64,000 nucleotides of DNA from Candidatus Epulonipiscioides gigas (GTDB lineage Bacteria; Bacillota; Clostridia; Lachnospirales; Cellulosilyticaceae): positions 17,384 through 81,383 of the forward strand of contig LJHE01000074.1 of NCBI GenBank assembly GCA_001983555.1, read 5' to 3'. A program made the translations under genes and the position numbers. The notes below the pieces were generated by a model. It was not told where the DNA came from, made no database searches, and saw only the letters and a list, made by a program, of their open reading frames with translations. Shown here piece after piece: positions 40,458 through 50,968 of this stretch (position 1 is its first letter; the number at the start of each line of letters is the position of its first letter).

Positions 40458-41365
40458 AAACCTCCAAATTGTAATAATTCTAATATTGCCATTCGAACAG
40501 CAACACCATTGGTCACTTGATCATTAATTACACTGGCAGAGCTATCAACAAGCTCTGATGTAAGTTCTACTCCACGATTTACAGGAGCTGGATGCATAAG
40601 AATTGCCTCTTTTTGAGCAAGAGTAAACAAATCTGATGATATGCCATAAATATTAGCATATTCTCTTAAAGATGGAAACATCCCACTTTGACGCTCTAAT
40701 TGTACTCTAAGTCCCATAATTACATCTGCATTTCTAATAGCATCTTTTAAATCATATGAAACTTTTGCTCCCAAAACTTCCATTCCTTTTGATAAAAGAG
40801 TTGTTGGACCTGAAAAAGTAACATTTGCTCCAAGTTTCTTTAAACCTATAACATTAGAACGAGCAACTCTGCTATTATTAATATCGCCAATAATTGTAAC
40901 ATTTAAGCCTTTAAATGAAGATTTTTTTTCATAAATTGTAAAAAAGTCTAAAAGAGCTTGTGTGGGATGCTCATTTGATCCATCTCCTGCATTGATAACA
41001 CTTGCTTTAACGTATTTTGAAATAAGATGAGGAGCTCCTGTTTGTTGGTGACGAAGTATTATATAATTAATACCCATCTGATCCAATGTAACAGCAGTAT
41101 CAATAAGCGATTCTCCTTTTTGCACACTACTAGTTGCAACATCTAAATCAGATACATTCATACCTGTATATTGACCAGCAACTGAAAATGATATTTTTGT
41201 ACGTGTACTATTTTCATAAAAAAGAGTTACTAAAGTTTTATCTTTCAAAATTTTTTTTCTAAAAGAATTATTAAATATCTCTTGCTTCTTTTGTTTTGCA
41301 AGCTCTATTATAGTCATAATAGCATTTTTATCTAAATCCTTAATCCCCAAAAAATCTTTTGACAT
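40454..41365 (-). CDS. pyrB: Aspartate carbamoyltransferase catalytic subunit
   Basis: STRTR and HPxP (LMHPAPVNRG) motifs. Confidence 0.9.
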   Translation of the reverse strand: MSKDFLGIKDLDKNAIMTIIELAKQKKQEIFNNSFRKKILKDKTLVTLFYENSTRTKISFSVAGQYTGMNVSDLDVATSSVQKGESLIDTAVTLDQMGINYIILRHQQTGAPHLISKYVKASVINAGDGSNEHPTQALLDFFTIYEKKSSFKGLNVTIIGDINNSRVARSNVIGLKKLGANVTFSGPTTLLSKGMEVLGAKVSYDLKDAIRNADVIMGLRVQLERQSGMFPSLREYANIYGISSDLFTLAQKEAILMHPAPVNRGVELTSELVDSSASVINDQVTNGVAVRMAILELLQFGGF

Positions 41366-41429
41366 ATATGAAACTCCTTTATAATATTTTAATTTAATTA
41401 TATGGCAAATTTGCGTAAATTACAAGTCA

Positions 41430-41462
41430 AGCAAAAAAATTTGGGGCTATATAATTAGCCCC
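41430..41462 (-). terminator. Terminator of the flotillin gene
   Basis: ggggcta...tagcccc stem. On the minus strand TTTTTTT follows. Confidence 0.5.
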
Positions 41463-41472
41463 AAAAATATTC

Positions 41473-42921
41473 TTAAACATCTGTATTTACTTCAGTATAA
41501 TTTTTTACTATTTGAGCAAGGTCTATACCAGTCAAACTTTCAACTACTTCTGGTACTTGTGCAATTATATTAGTAATTCCTTTAGTCAACTTTGCACTAC
41601 CTCCACTTGAGTTTTCGCTACCATTATCAATTATAATCATTTTATCAGTTTGAGCTAATGGTTTAGCAATATTTTCTGCTATAGCTGGCAAATTATTTGC
41701 CAATATCTCTAATATTACAGCATTGCCATATTCTTTATAAACGTTTGCTTTTTCTTTAAGAGCTTGCGCTTCTGCTTTTAATGCATCGGCTTGTGCTTCA
41801 CCTTTAGCTCTAATTGCATTTGCCTCTGCTTTTCCGATTTCTTCTATTTCTAACGCTTTAGCTTTAGCTTCTAATTCTATGGCAGTAGCTTTAGCAGCTG
41901 CTTCTAACTCAATCTTTTTTTGCTCAGCGAAGGCTTTTTGTTCTTCTATGTAGCGTTGAGCTTCTGCATTTTTTTCAGATTGATATTTTTCAGCATCAGC
42001 TTGTTTTTTGATATTTACATCAAGCTCTTGTTCCTTTCTAAGAGCATCTTGTTTTGTAACTTCTGTTTGTTTAATTGCTTCTAATAATTTTGCTGATTGT
42101 TCAGTTTCAATTACTTGTTTTTGTACTATATTGGTTTCTATATCATAGGCTTTATCAGCATTAGCTTGAGCTTTAAACTGTTCTTGTTTATATAATTGCA
42201 ACTTTAATTCTTTGTCTTTTTCTGCTTCAGCAATTTGAGTTTCTGCTAATAATTGAGCTTGTTTTCCAAGACGATTACTTTCAGCTGTTTGTTCTAACTC
42301 TTCACGTTTTGCTTCAGCCTTTGCAATTTCTGCATTTTTGTGAACTTCAGCAATTCTTTTTGCACCTAAAGCTTGCAAATAACCATTTTTATCTGTTATA
42401 TCTCGGAGTGTAAAAGTAATTAATTCTAATCCCATTTTTGCGAGCTCTGTACTGGCTACATTTTCAACTTCGCTTGTAAATTGTTCTCTATCTTTATAAA
42501 TATCTTCAAGAGTCATTTTTGAAACTATTTCTCTTAATTTACCTTCCAATACATCTTTGGAAGTGCTTTTAATATTATCAATTGTAGTTTGTAATTTGCC
42601 AGTATTAAACTGCTCTACTGCTATTAATATACTTTGCTTGTCATTTTTAATTTTTATTATTGCAACGCCATCTGTTGATAGAGGAACTCCTGTAATGTCT
42701 AATGAATCTTTTGTATTTACATCTAAATTCATATCTTCTAGTGATATTTTATCAACTTGTTCAAGTACAGGAATTACAATAGTTCCCTTTCCACTAATTA
42801 CTCGTCTTTTTAGACCTGTAATTACAAATGCTTTATCTATAGGTGCTTTTTTCCACATAAAAAGCACTAATATTAATATAACGATAACACATATAGATAC
42901 TTGTATAGCCATATAATTCAC
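41473..42921 (-). CDS. Flotillin-like SPFH/band-7 protein (FloT/YuaG-type)
   Basis: N-terminal TM, an SPFH domain, then a long A/E/K-rich coiled coil. Confidence 0.8.
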   Translation of the reverse strand: MNYMAIQVSICVIVILILVLFMWKKAPIDKAFVITGLKRRVISGKGTIVIPVLEQVDKISLEDMNLDVNTKDSLDITGVPLSTDGVAIIKIKNDKQSILIAVEQFNTGKLQTTIDNIKSTSKDVLEGKLREIVSKMTLEDIYKDREQFTSEVENVASTELAKMGLELITFTLRDITDKNGYLQALGAKRIAEVHKNAEIAKAEAKREELEQTAESNRLGKQAQLLAETQIAEAEKDKELKLQLYKQEQFKAQANADKAYDIETNIVQKQVIETEQSAKLLEAIKQTEVTKQDALRKEQELDVNIKKQADAEKYQSEKNAEAQRYIEEQKAFAEQKKIELEAAAKATAIELEAKAKALEIEEIGKAEANAIRAKGEAQADALKAEAQALKEKANVYKEYGNAVILEILANNLPAIAENIAKPLAQTDKMIIIDNGSENSSGGSAKLTKGITNIIAQVPEVVESLTGIDLAQIVKNYTEVNTDV

Positions 42922-43118
42922 TCCTTTTTAATTTTATTACAAATATATTATATTGTTTACAACTGGATTTTATGCAAAAAACAAAAGTTGAAAGTATTGT
43001 CATAGTAACATTTTTTGAAGAATAACTTTCTATGATACTGTTAAAAAAACGTTAAATGACCTCTTGACAACTACCAATATAATCCAGTAAACTAATACGC
43101 ACTGGAGGAAAAAATCAT

Positions 43119-44366
43119 ATGTTTTATAAAGCTATTGTTATTGGTGCAGGGCCTGCTGGTCTTTTTGCAGCTTATAATTTATCAGAAAATGGAGTGAGTA
43201 CACTTGTAATTGAAAAAAATAAACAACTTGGGCGAAAATTATTAGTGTCTGGAAATGGTCAATGCAATTTTACAAATGCAAGTAAATTAGAGACATTTAC
43301 AAACAAATATGGCGATAATTTTAGCTTTATAAAACATGCTTTAAATACATTTACAAACAAAGACTCTATGAATTTTTTTAACAGCTGTGGAATTGAACTT
43401 GAAATTGCTAATAGTAATAAAGTATTTCCCAAATCAAGAAACAGCGAAGATATACTTGGAGCATTAGTTAAATCAAGTAAGTTAAATGGAACGCAAATAA
43501 AAGCTGGAATTATAATAGATAAAATCATAGAATATGATGGAATATTTCAAATTTCTACTATTGAAAGTGGTGAAAATGAAAGTTTTACTACTGAAAATCT
43601 TATAATTGCAACAGGTGGTTCATCTTATTCACATCTTGGAACAGATGGTTTTGGATATGAAGTTGCCAAACAATTTGGTCATAAAATCATGCCTATACGC
43701 TCATCACTTACAAATATAATTGCTAATGAAGATATATATTTTTCTTTAAGCGGTGTATCTTTTAAAAATGTAGAATTAATAATTTGGCGTAATGGAAAGA
43801 AAATAAAAGAAAAAACTGATGATCTAATATTTACTCACACTGGAATATCAGGTCCAGTAATTCTAAATAGTTCTCGATGGATACAAGAAAATGATTTGTT
43901 GACTTTTAATCTAATAAATAAACCATATGAAATTTTACAAAAGGAATTAGAGATAGGCTTAAACAAATATGGAAAAGAACAAATAGGAACGTATTTAAAA
44001 AGATTTGAGTTCCCTAAAAGTTTTATAGGAATATTATTATCTATTTTAGATATAGCTCCAGATTTAAAATGTGCAAATATAAGTAAACAAGAGCGTAAAC
44101 AAATAGCTATGTATATAACCAAAATGCCTATTACTGTCAAAAAGGTAGGAGATTTAAAAAATGCTATGGTAACTGCAGGTGGTGTTAGTTTAAAAGAAGT
44201 AAACCCTACTACATTTGAAAGCAGAAAACAAAAAGGATTATATTTTGTAGGTGAAGTTTTAGATATAGATGCCGACACTGGAGGATATAATATACAAGCT
44301 GCTATGTCTATGGGCTGTGTTTGTGCAAATAATATAGTTAGAAAGGAAAAATTAAATGTCCATTAA
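43119..44366 (+). CDS. FAD-dependent oxidoreductase of the HI0933/BaiN-like flavoprotein family
   Basis: N-terminal GAGPAGLFAA dinucleotide-binding motif. 415 aa. Confidence 0.7.
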   Translation: MFYKAIVIGAGPAGLFAAYNLSENGVSTLVIEKNKQLGRKLLVSGNGQCNFTNASKLETFTNKYGDNFSFIKHALNTFTNKDSMNFFNSCGIELEIANSNKVFPKSRNSEDILGALVKSSKLNGTQIKAGIIIDKIIEYDGIFQISTIESGENESFTTENLIIATGGSSYSHLGTDGFGYEVAKQFGHKIMPIRSSLTNIIANEDIYFSLSGVSFKNVELIIWRNGKKIKEKTDDLIFTHTGISGPVILNSSRWIQENDLLTFNLINKPYEILQKELEIGLNKYGKEQIGTYLKRFEFPKSFIGILLSILDIAPDLKCANISKQERKQIAMYITKMPITVKKVGDLKNAMVTAGGVSLKEVNPTTFESRKQKGLYFVGEVLDIDADTGGYNIQAAMSMGCVCANNIVRKEKLNVH

Positions 44367-45591
44367 TGCATTAAAAGGAACAAAAGATATTTATGGAGCT
44401 GAAATTGAAAATTTACAAAAAGTGGAAAGTATAATTAGAGAAGTTTGTAAAAATTTTAATATTGGAGAAATAAGAACGCCAATTTTTGAGCTCACTCAGT
44501 TATTTCAAAGAGGGGTTGGAAGTACAACAGATATTGTTCAAAAAGAAATGTATTCCTTTATAGACAAAGGAGAAAATAATATTACACTAAAGCCCGAAAG
44601 CACTGCCCCAGTAGTTAGAGCATACTTAGAACATAATATGGGAGAAAATACTCAACCTACAAAATTATACTATATTTCTCCAACTTTTAGATATGAACGC
44701 CCTGAAGCAGGAAGACTTAGACAATTTCATCAGTTTGGCATAGAAGTATTTGGAAGTTCATTAGCCATTGCAGATGCTGAAGTTATTGCTGTTGCAGATG
44801 CTGTTTTAAAGCGATTAAATATAACAAATGTTAAATTGCATATCAATTCACTTGGTGGTCCAAAATGTCGTGAAAACTATAATAAAAAATTGATAGAATT
44901 TCTTGATACAAAAAAAGATAGTCTTTGCTCACTTTGTAATGAGAGAAGAACAAAAAATCCACTTCGTGTATTAGATTGTAAAAATGAAGAGTGTCAAAAA
45001 TTATTTGTTAATGCTCCAACAACACTTGATGCATTAGATGTTGAATGTAAAGCTCATTTTGAAATGCTTAAAACTTTACTAACTCAAATGGAAATTTCAT
45101 ATGTAGTAGATCCAAAAATTGTACGTGGTTTAGATTATTATACAAAGACTGTATTTGAATTTATTCTAAGTTCACCAGATTACTCGGGTACAATTTGTGG
45201 TGGAGGGAGATATGATAAATTAGTTGAAGAAATAGGTGGCAAATCTGTCCCAGCAGTTGGATTTGGCACAGGAATGGAAAGACTTTTAATTGCATATAAA
45301 AATAAAAATTTAACTAAAAGAGATATATTTATTGGATATAGAGGTGAACAAGCTATGATAAAAGCTACACTTCTTGTTAATGCTCTAAGGAGCAAAGGTC
45401 TAAATGCTGATACCGATTTACTTGGTAGAAGTGTAAAAGCTCAAATGAAATATGCAAACAAAATAAATGTTAAATATGCTGTCATAATAGGTGATACAGA
45501 GCTAGAAACAGGATGGCTTCTTATTAAAGATATGGAAACTTCTCAAGAGCATAAAATAAATATAGATAATATAGCACAATTTCTCCTTTAA
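44356..45591 (+). CDS. hisS: Histidyl-tRNA synthetase
   Basis: Class-II motifs, including ..FRYERPEAGRLRQFHQFG... The start overlaps the preceding gene. Confidence 0.9.
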   Translation: MSINALKGTKDIYGAEIENLQKVESIIREVCKNFNIGEIRTPIFELTQLFQRGVGSTTDIVQKEMYSFIDKGENNITLKPESTAPVVRAYLEHNMGENTQPTKLYYISPTFRYERPEAGRLRQFHQFGIEVFGSSLAIADAEVIAVADAVLKRLNITNVKLHINSLGGPKCRENYNKKLIEFLDTKKDSLCSLCNERRTKNPLRVLDCKNEECQKLFVNAPTTLDALDVECKAHFEMLKTLLTQMEISYVVDPKIVRGLDYYTKTVFEFILSSPDYSGTICGGGRYDKLVEEIGGKSVPAVGFGTGMERLLIAYKNKNLTKRDIFIGYRGEQAMIKATLLVNALRSKGLNADTDLLGRSVKAQMKYANKINVKYAVIIGDTELETGWLLIKDMETSQEHKINIDNIAQFLL

Positions 45592-45612
45592 AAATAAGGA
45601 GATTTTTTTTAT
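45582..45612 (+). terminator. Rho-independent terminator of hisS
   Basis: tctcctt/aaggaga stem spanning the stop codon, then TTTTTTTTA. Confidence 0.6.
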
Positions 45613-45645
45613 TGAAAAACTGTAATATCTTAGTTATTTGTACAT

Positions 45646-45668
45646 ATATTTAAATGTACCCATACATT
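45646..45668 (+). promoter_or_regulatory. Possible sigma-E-type forespore/mother-cell promoter upstream of spoIVA
   Basis: ATATT...CATACATT resembles the SigE consensus (ATATT / CATACA-T), but the spacer is shorter than canonical. About 46 nt upstream of the ATG. Confidence 0.3.
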
Positions 45669-45714
45669 ATTTAATTATTATGAGTCTTGTATTATTTTTA
45701 AGGAGGATTTGTGA

Positions 45715-47208
45715 ATGGAAAATTATGACAAAAATTATGATGTTTATCGAGATATTAAAGAAAGAACATCCGGTGATATTTACTTGGGGATAGTGGGACC
45801 TGTAAGAACAGGAAAATCTACTTTTATCAAAAGATTTATGGAATCTTTAGTTATTCCTAATATTCAAAATGATTATAGCAAAGAAAGAGCTCAAGATGAA
45901 TTGCCTCAAAGTGGCGGAGGAACAATGATTACAACAACTGAGCCTAAATTTATACCAAATGAAGCTGTAAATATTACTATTGGCGGAGATTTTTCTGTTA
46001 ATGTAAGATTAATTGATTGTGTTGGCTATGTTATACCAGATGCAGAAGGTTATTTATATAGCGATAATACTCCACGAATGGTAAAAACACCTTGGTATAG
46101 TGAAGAAATTCCATTTACCCAAGCAGCAGAAATTGGCACTAAAAAGGTAATTAATGATCATTCAACAATTGGAATAGTTGTAACAACAGATGGAACTGTG
46201 ACAGATATTCCACGTAATAGTTACGTAGAGGCTGAACACAGAGTAATTGCAGAGCTAAAAAAACTTGGCAAGCCATTTATAGTAGTTTATAATACAAAGA
46301 GACCTTTTGAATTAGAAGTAATTAATCAAGCAAATCAATTATCAAAAGAATATGATGTACCAGTTATTCCTCTTGATGTTGCTCAAATGAAAATTGATGA
46401 TATAAATCAAATATTAGAGCGTATACTATATGAATTCCCTCTTAATGAAATTCAATTTATATTACCGAAATGGGCAGAAACTCTTGATAATGACCATTGG
46501 TTTAAAACACAATGGATTAATAATATTAAAGAACATATTTTCCCTCTTGAGAATATTAGACAAGTAAAAGAAGTTATTGATAAATTTAAAGAAATAGAAA
46601 ATGTTGATAATATATATTTAGAAAAAATTGAATTAGGTGAAGGTATTATAAAAGTGTTAGTTCATACTAATGAGGAATTGTTCTACAAAATTTTATCTGA
46701 AACTACAGGTATGGAAATAAATGGTGATCATGAGCTTATGAGTTTGATTAAAGATCTTTCAGCTACTAAGAAAGAATATGATAAAGTAGCCATGGCTCTT
46801 GAGGATGTCAAACGAAAAGGATATGGAGTTGTTAATCCAAGGAAAGAAGATCTTACTCTTGAGAAACCTGAAATGGTTACCCAAAATAATCGTTTTGGTG
46901 TAAAACTACGTGCGAGCGCTCCTAGTTATCATATTATACGAGCTGACATTCAGACAGAAGTTTCTCCTTTAATTGGAACAGAAAAACAAAGTGAAGATTT
47001 AATAAATTATTTAACTAGTGAATTTGAAAATTCTCCAGAAACTATGTGGGAATCTAATATATTTGGACGTTCTTTATATGATATTATAAATGAAGGATTA
47101 CAAACTAAATTATATAAAATGCCAGAAGATGCTCAAGAAAAATTACAAGAAACATTACAAAAAATTATTAATGAAGGTACTGGCGGTTTAATTTGTATAA
47201 TACTTTAA
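45715..47208 (+). CDS. spoIVA: Stage IV sporulation protein A (spore-coat morphogenetic ATPase)
   Basis: N-terminus ..RTSGDIYLGIVGPVRTGKSTFIKRFME.. matches the SpoIVA Walker-A region. 497 aa. Confidence 0.9.
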   Translation: MENYDKNYDVYRDIKERTSGDIYLGIVGPVRTGKSTFIKRFMESLVIPNIQNDYSKERAQDELPQSGGGTMITTTEPKFIPNEAVNITIGGDFSVNVRLIDCVGYVIPDAEGYLYSDNTPRMVKTPWYSEEIPFTQAAEIGTKKVINDHSTIGIVVTTDGTVTDIPRNSYVEAEHRVIAELKKLGKPFIVVYNTKRPFELEVINQANQLSKEYDVPVIPLDVAQMKIDDINQILERILYEFPLNEIQFILPKWAETLDNDHWFKTQWINNIKEHIFPLENIRQVKEVIDKFKEIENVDNIYLEKIELGEGIIKVLVHTNEELFYKILSETTGMEINGDHELMSLIKDLSATKKEYDKVAMALEDVKRKGYGVVNPRKEDLTLEKPEMVTQNNRFGVKLRASAPSYHIIRADIQTEVSPLIGTEKQSEDLINYLTSEFENSPETMWESNIFGRSLYDIINEGLQTKLYKMPEDAQEKLQETLQKIINEGTGGLICIIL

Positions 47209-47285
47209 TCTTTAATTTCTTGAAGCGAGGGGAAGTTTTCTCTTCGTCTTTTTTTTTTAAATTTATTCTAATAGGAGCTAATAAT

Positions 47286-48206
47286 ATGATTGATTTTCAC
47301 GCTGATACAGCATACGAGCTTATTAAATATAAATCATCTATTTTAAAAAATAATGGACATGTAGACCTAGAAAAGCTTAAAGAAGGGGGCTATTTAGCTC
47401 AATGGTTTGCTATGTTTATTAACCTGAAAAAGTTAAATGATATACCTATATTTGACTGTTTTAATGATATGTATAATTATTTTGTAGAAGAAGTTGAAAA
47501 AAATAGGGGCAAAATAGAAATAGTATCAACATATAGCGAATATCAAAGAGCAATAAAAGCTCATAAAATAGCAGCATTTTTATCATTAGAAGAAGGTGAA
47601 GTTGTAAAAGATGGACTTCATATGATTGATAAACTAGAAGATATGAAAATTAGATTAATGACTATAACTTGGAATTTAAAAAATTCGCTCGGTTCACCGC
47701 ACACATTTCCAAATGAAGGCTTAACTGACTATGGAAAAGAAGTAGTAAATTATCTTAATACAAAAAATATTTTAGTGGATGTATCTCATTTATCAGACAA
47801 AGGAATTGATGAAATTTTAAGTATATCTAAAAAACCTGTAATTGCATCTCATTCAAATGCCCGAGCAAAATGGAATCACACAAGAAATTTATCAGATGAG
47901 CATATAAAACAAATTGCTAATACAGGGGGAATTATAGGCGTAAATTTTTATAATGATTTTTTATCAGCAAGTAAAATAAGTAAAATATATGATATTGTAC
48001 AAATGACAAAGTATCTAGTAAATGTTGCAGGAGAAGATAATATTGGAATTGGCTCAGATTTTGATGGTATAGATTGTCCTTTAGAAATAAAAAATGCATC
48101 TTTTATAAATTTACTAAAAGATGCACTTAGAAAAGAATTTACTTCTAATCAAATAGATAAATTAACATTTAAAAATGCCGAAAGAATTATTCAAATATTA
48201 AGCTAA
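47286..48206 (+). CDS. Membrane dipeptidase (peptidase family M19)
   Basis: The start is placed at MIDFHADTAYE (M19 HxD motif). The upstream 47193 start would overlap spoIVA and adds a non-homologous leader. Confidence 0.75.
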   Translation: MIDFHADTAYELIKYKSSILKNNGHVDLEKLKEGGYLAQWFAMFINLKKLNDIPIFDCFNDMYNYFVEEVEKNRGKIEIVSTYSEYQRAIKAHKIAAFLSLEEGEVVKDGLHMIDKLEDMKIRLMTITWNLKNSLGSPHTFPNEGLTDYGKEVVNYLNTKNILVDVSHLSDKGIDEILSISKKPVIASHSNARAKWNHTRNLSDEHIKQIANTGGIIGVNFYNDFLSASKISKIYDIVQMTKYLVNVAGEDNIGIGSDFDGIDCPLEIKNASFINLLKDALRKEFTSNQIDKLTFKNAERIIQILS

Positions 48207-50276
48207 TTTTGCATACTGAGTGTTTTTAACTGCATTAACTAGAGCTTCAACTTCTTTATCAGAGATAAATGCACCTTGTATACGAATTGGCTTAACTTCA
48301 CCCATAGGACAGAAGAGCATATCGCCTTTTCCGAGAAGCTTTTCTGCTCCTACACTATCTAAAATAGTTCTTGAGTCTATTCCAGAAGATACCGCAAACG
48401 CTAACCTAGAAGGAATATTTGCTTTAATGACTCCTGTAATTACATCAACAGATGGTCTTTGTGTCGCTATAACAAGATGTATTCCAGCTGCTCGTGCCAT
48501 CTGCGCTAGTCTACATATAGAATCTTCAACTTCTTTTGCCGCTGTCATCATAAGATCTGAAAGCTCATCTATAATTACAACCATATGTGGCATTTTATCA
48601 TACTTATCTACTTTTTTATTATATCCTGATATATCACGTACCATATTATCAGCAAATAGTTTATATCTGTTAGTCATTTCTGTAACAACACCACTAAGAG
48701 CTTTTGCAGCCTCTTTTGGATCTGTTACAACAGGCATAAGTAAATGCGGTATTCCATTATATACATTAAGTTCAACCACTTTTGGATCAATCATAATAAG
48801 TTGAACCTCATCTGGAGTTGCTTTATATAAAATGCTTGCAATCAACGTATTAATGCACACACTTTTTCCAGAACCAGTTGCTCCTGCAATAAGCATATGT
48901 GGCATTTTCGTAATATCATATACAACAGGAGCTCCAGAAATATCTTTTCCTATTGCAAAAGCTAATTTAGACGAAAAATCATCAAAAATATCTGTATCAA
49001 TTATATCTCTTAAAAATATAGTTTCAGCCTTTTCATTTGGTATTTCTATCCCAACTAGTGATTTACCAGGAATAGGAGCTTCTATTCTAATACATTTTGC
49101 CGCAAGGCTTAATGCTATATCATCTGATAAATTAAGTATTTTACTAACCTTAATGCCTTGTTTTGGGGCAATTTCATATCTTGTTACAGATGGACCTTTA
49201 TAAACTTGCACAACTCTTGCTTCAATTCCAAAGCATAAAAGAGTATCTTCTAGTTTCATGGCCATCTTTTGTAAATTGCGTGTATCTTGATTTGAATTTG
49301 CATTAGATTGCTTATTTAACAAATTGATATCTGGAAATTGATACCATCTATTATCAGATTTTTTCTTTTGAGTTCTTGGTTGATTTTGTTCCATCATATA
49401 AATTTGTGGTTTTTCGTATATCATTTCTTGAACTGGTTGTTGATCCAAATTTTTTTTTGTTGATTTAGGCTTAGAAACTGCTGTTTCTGTTTTAATTGGC
49501 ATATCTCTATTAACTGTAGATTTTGTGTAAGTTCTCTTTGGAGCTTCAGGAGCTTGTGTTTGTTGACTAACTTTATTTTGTATGTTAGCTTGTTTATAAG
49601 ATCTTTTTTGTGGTTGAACTTGTTGAGTTACTTTGCTTGGAGCTTCTATTTTTGTGCCAATATTTTTTTGTGGCTCAATCTTTTTATAAACTTTTCTTTT
49701 TTGGTACGGTTTCTTTGTATTATAGCTAGAATAGCCTAATTGTGGAAACTTTATTTGTACAGGAATTGATCTAAGCCATGTAATAAATGAAAAATTACAT
49801 GATAAGAAAAGCCATAGTAACATAAATGCTCCTACTAAAATATATGTACCATACAACCCTAAAAACTTTAATAGTGTATTTGTAATTACACCTCCTACAA
49901 GACCTCCATTGATATAACTTGCCTCATAAAAATACGAAGTAGTATAAATTGCTGTCATTGTTTGGGTTTTAGATGCGTTTAATTGAACTAGAAGAATTAA
50001 AAATATAAAAGTTGGTATCATTTTTATAATGTTTCTTAAAACAAATTCTTGACCATTTCTTATATACATTACTCCTAAAAATAACATATAAAAAGGTAAA
50101 GCATACCCTCCTATTCCAAGCAAACCAACTGTTACACTTTTTATAAAATTTCCAACAATACCTGTTTGCTCAGTAAATATACTGGCTATTATTAAAACAC
50201 AACATCCTATAATACTAACGCCTACAACTTCGGGCATTTTATTGATTTGGTTCTTTTTTTTTCTTTTCTTTTTCAT
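48198..50276 (-). CDS. ftsK: DNA translocase FtsK/SpoIIIE
   Basis: N-terminal TM segments, a Q/P-rich linker and a motor domain with Walker A GATGSGKS. Confidence 0.88.
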   Translation of the reverse strand: MKKKRKKKNQINKMPEVVGVSIIGCCVLIIASIFTEQTGIVGNFIKSVTVGLLGIGGYALPFYMLFLGVMYIRNGQEFVLRNIIKMIPTFIFLILLVQLNASKTQTMTAIYTTSYFYEASYINGGLVGGVITNTLLKFLGLYGTYILVGAFMLLWLFLSCNFSFITWLRSIPVQIKFPQLGYSSYNTKKPYQKRKVYKKIEPQKNIGTKIEAPSKVTQQVQPQKRSYKQANIQNKVSQQTQAPEAPKRTYTKSTVNRDMPIKTETAVSKPKSTKKNLDQQPVQEMIYEKPQIYMMEQNQPRTQKKKSDNRWYQFPDINLLNKQSNANSNQDTRNLQKMAMKLEDTLLCFGIEARVVQVYKGPSVTRYEIAPKQGIKVSKILNLSDDIALSLAAKCIRIEAPIPGKSLVGIEIPNEKAETIFLRDIIDTDIFDDFSSKLAFAIGKDISGAPVVYDITKMPHMLIAGATGSGKSVCINTLIASILYKATPDEVQLIMIDPKVVELNVYNGIPHLLMPVVTDPKEAAKALSGVVTEMTNRYKLFADNMVRDISGYNKKVDKYDKMPHMVVIIDELSDLMMTAAKEVEDSICRLAQMARAAGIHLVIATQRPSVDVITGVIKANIPSRLAFAVSSGIDSRTILDSVGAEKLLGKGDMLFCPMGEVKPIRIQGAFISDKEVEALVNAVKNTQYAKLA

Positions 50277-50411
50277 AAGTACCCCCTGTGATCGAATTTG
50301 TCTTATTATAGCATATATTTACAAAAAATAGAAGCTTAAAATAAAAAGATTATGTCAAAATAAAGGTTATAGCTCTACATTAATTAGAACTACAACCTAT
50401 CTTGTTTATTG

Positions 50412-50620
50412 CACTGTTGTTAAGTCTACAATTTGACTTTGTGTTACTTCTCCGTCTATGAGCATCTCAATTTTTAAGTTGGTTCTACCAGCTATATCAG
50501 ATGGAAATAGTCTTATTGTATAAGGTGATTGTGTTATATCCATTATAAATATATCATCTATCCAGTATCTAATTACGATTTCTTCGGGTCCATTAGCATT
50601 AGGATAATATGCTCCAACAC
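50412..50620 (-). pseudogene. Open frame with no start codon (..YPNANGPEEIVIRYWIDD...TTVQ*) directly downstream of, and frame-shifted relative to, the 50621..50968 gene. Possible frameshift-disrupted 3' half.
   Basis: Protein-like translation of ~70 aa with no start codon until near its end. It abuts the stop of the upstream ORF in another frame. Confidence 0.25.
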
Positions 50621-50968
50621 TTAATTCGGTTGCTCATTACTGATATTATTATATAAACCATGTGTGGTTACATTTCTATAACTAATAGGTGATGTTTGCC
50701 CATATCCTCTAAGAAATAGAGCATTACTTGTCAATTGATTATATATCTCTAGTGTTCTAGGATTAGTATATAAGCCGTATTCATGCGGACTTTCATTACT
50801 ACTATTATTAAAATAACAAATTGCTTTTACCTGTGGATAAGTATAAAATAATTCTGTATAAGTTTTATGTACCAGATTTTCAGCCCAAGATGCAGCATAT
50901 GTACTATTGCTAGATAAGATGTTCAGAGCAAATAAAATACTAATTCCAATTAACTTAAATTTTTTCAT
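50621..50968 (-). CDS. Small secreted hypothetical protein (possibly the 5' part of a frameshifted gene)
   Basis: Signal peptide MKKFKLIGISILFALNILSSNSTYA. Confidence 0.45.
   Translation of the reverse strand: MKKFKLIGISILFALNILSSNSTYAASWAENLVHKTYTELFYTYPQVKAICYFNNSSNESPHEYGLYTNPRTLEIYNQLTSNALFLRGYGQTSPISYRNVTTHGLYNNISNEQPN

Noticed and set aside
41366-41472. PyrR-binding attenuator expected upstream of pyrB
   Set aside because: No ARUCCAGAGAGGCU-type PyrR loop is present. The only structure is a hairpin with a T-run oriented as the terminator of the upstream flotillin gene.
44300-44360. T-box leader expected upstream of hisS
   Set aside because: hisS starts inside the 3' end of the preceding flavoprotein gene (11-nt overlap). 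There is no leader space and no T-box sequence.
47193-47285. Upstream start at 47193 for the M19 dipeptidase
   Set aside because: It would overlap spoIVA by 16 nt and adds a hydrophobic, non-homologous leader. The conserved M19 N-terminus (IDFHADT) begins at the ATG at 47286.
48220-49203. Plus-strand ORFs 48220..48804 and 48832..49203
   Set aside because: They are antisense within the ftsK/spoIIIE motor domain. Neither has homology or an SD.
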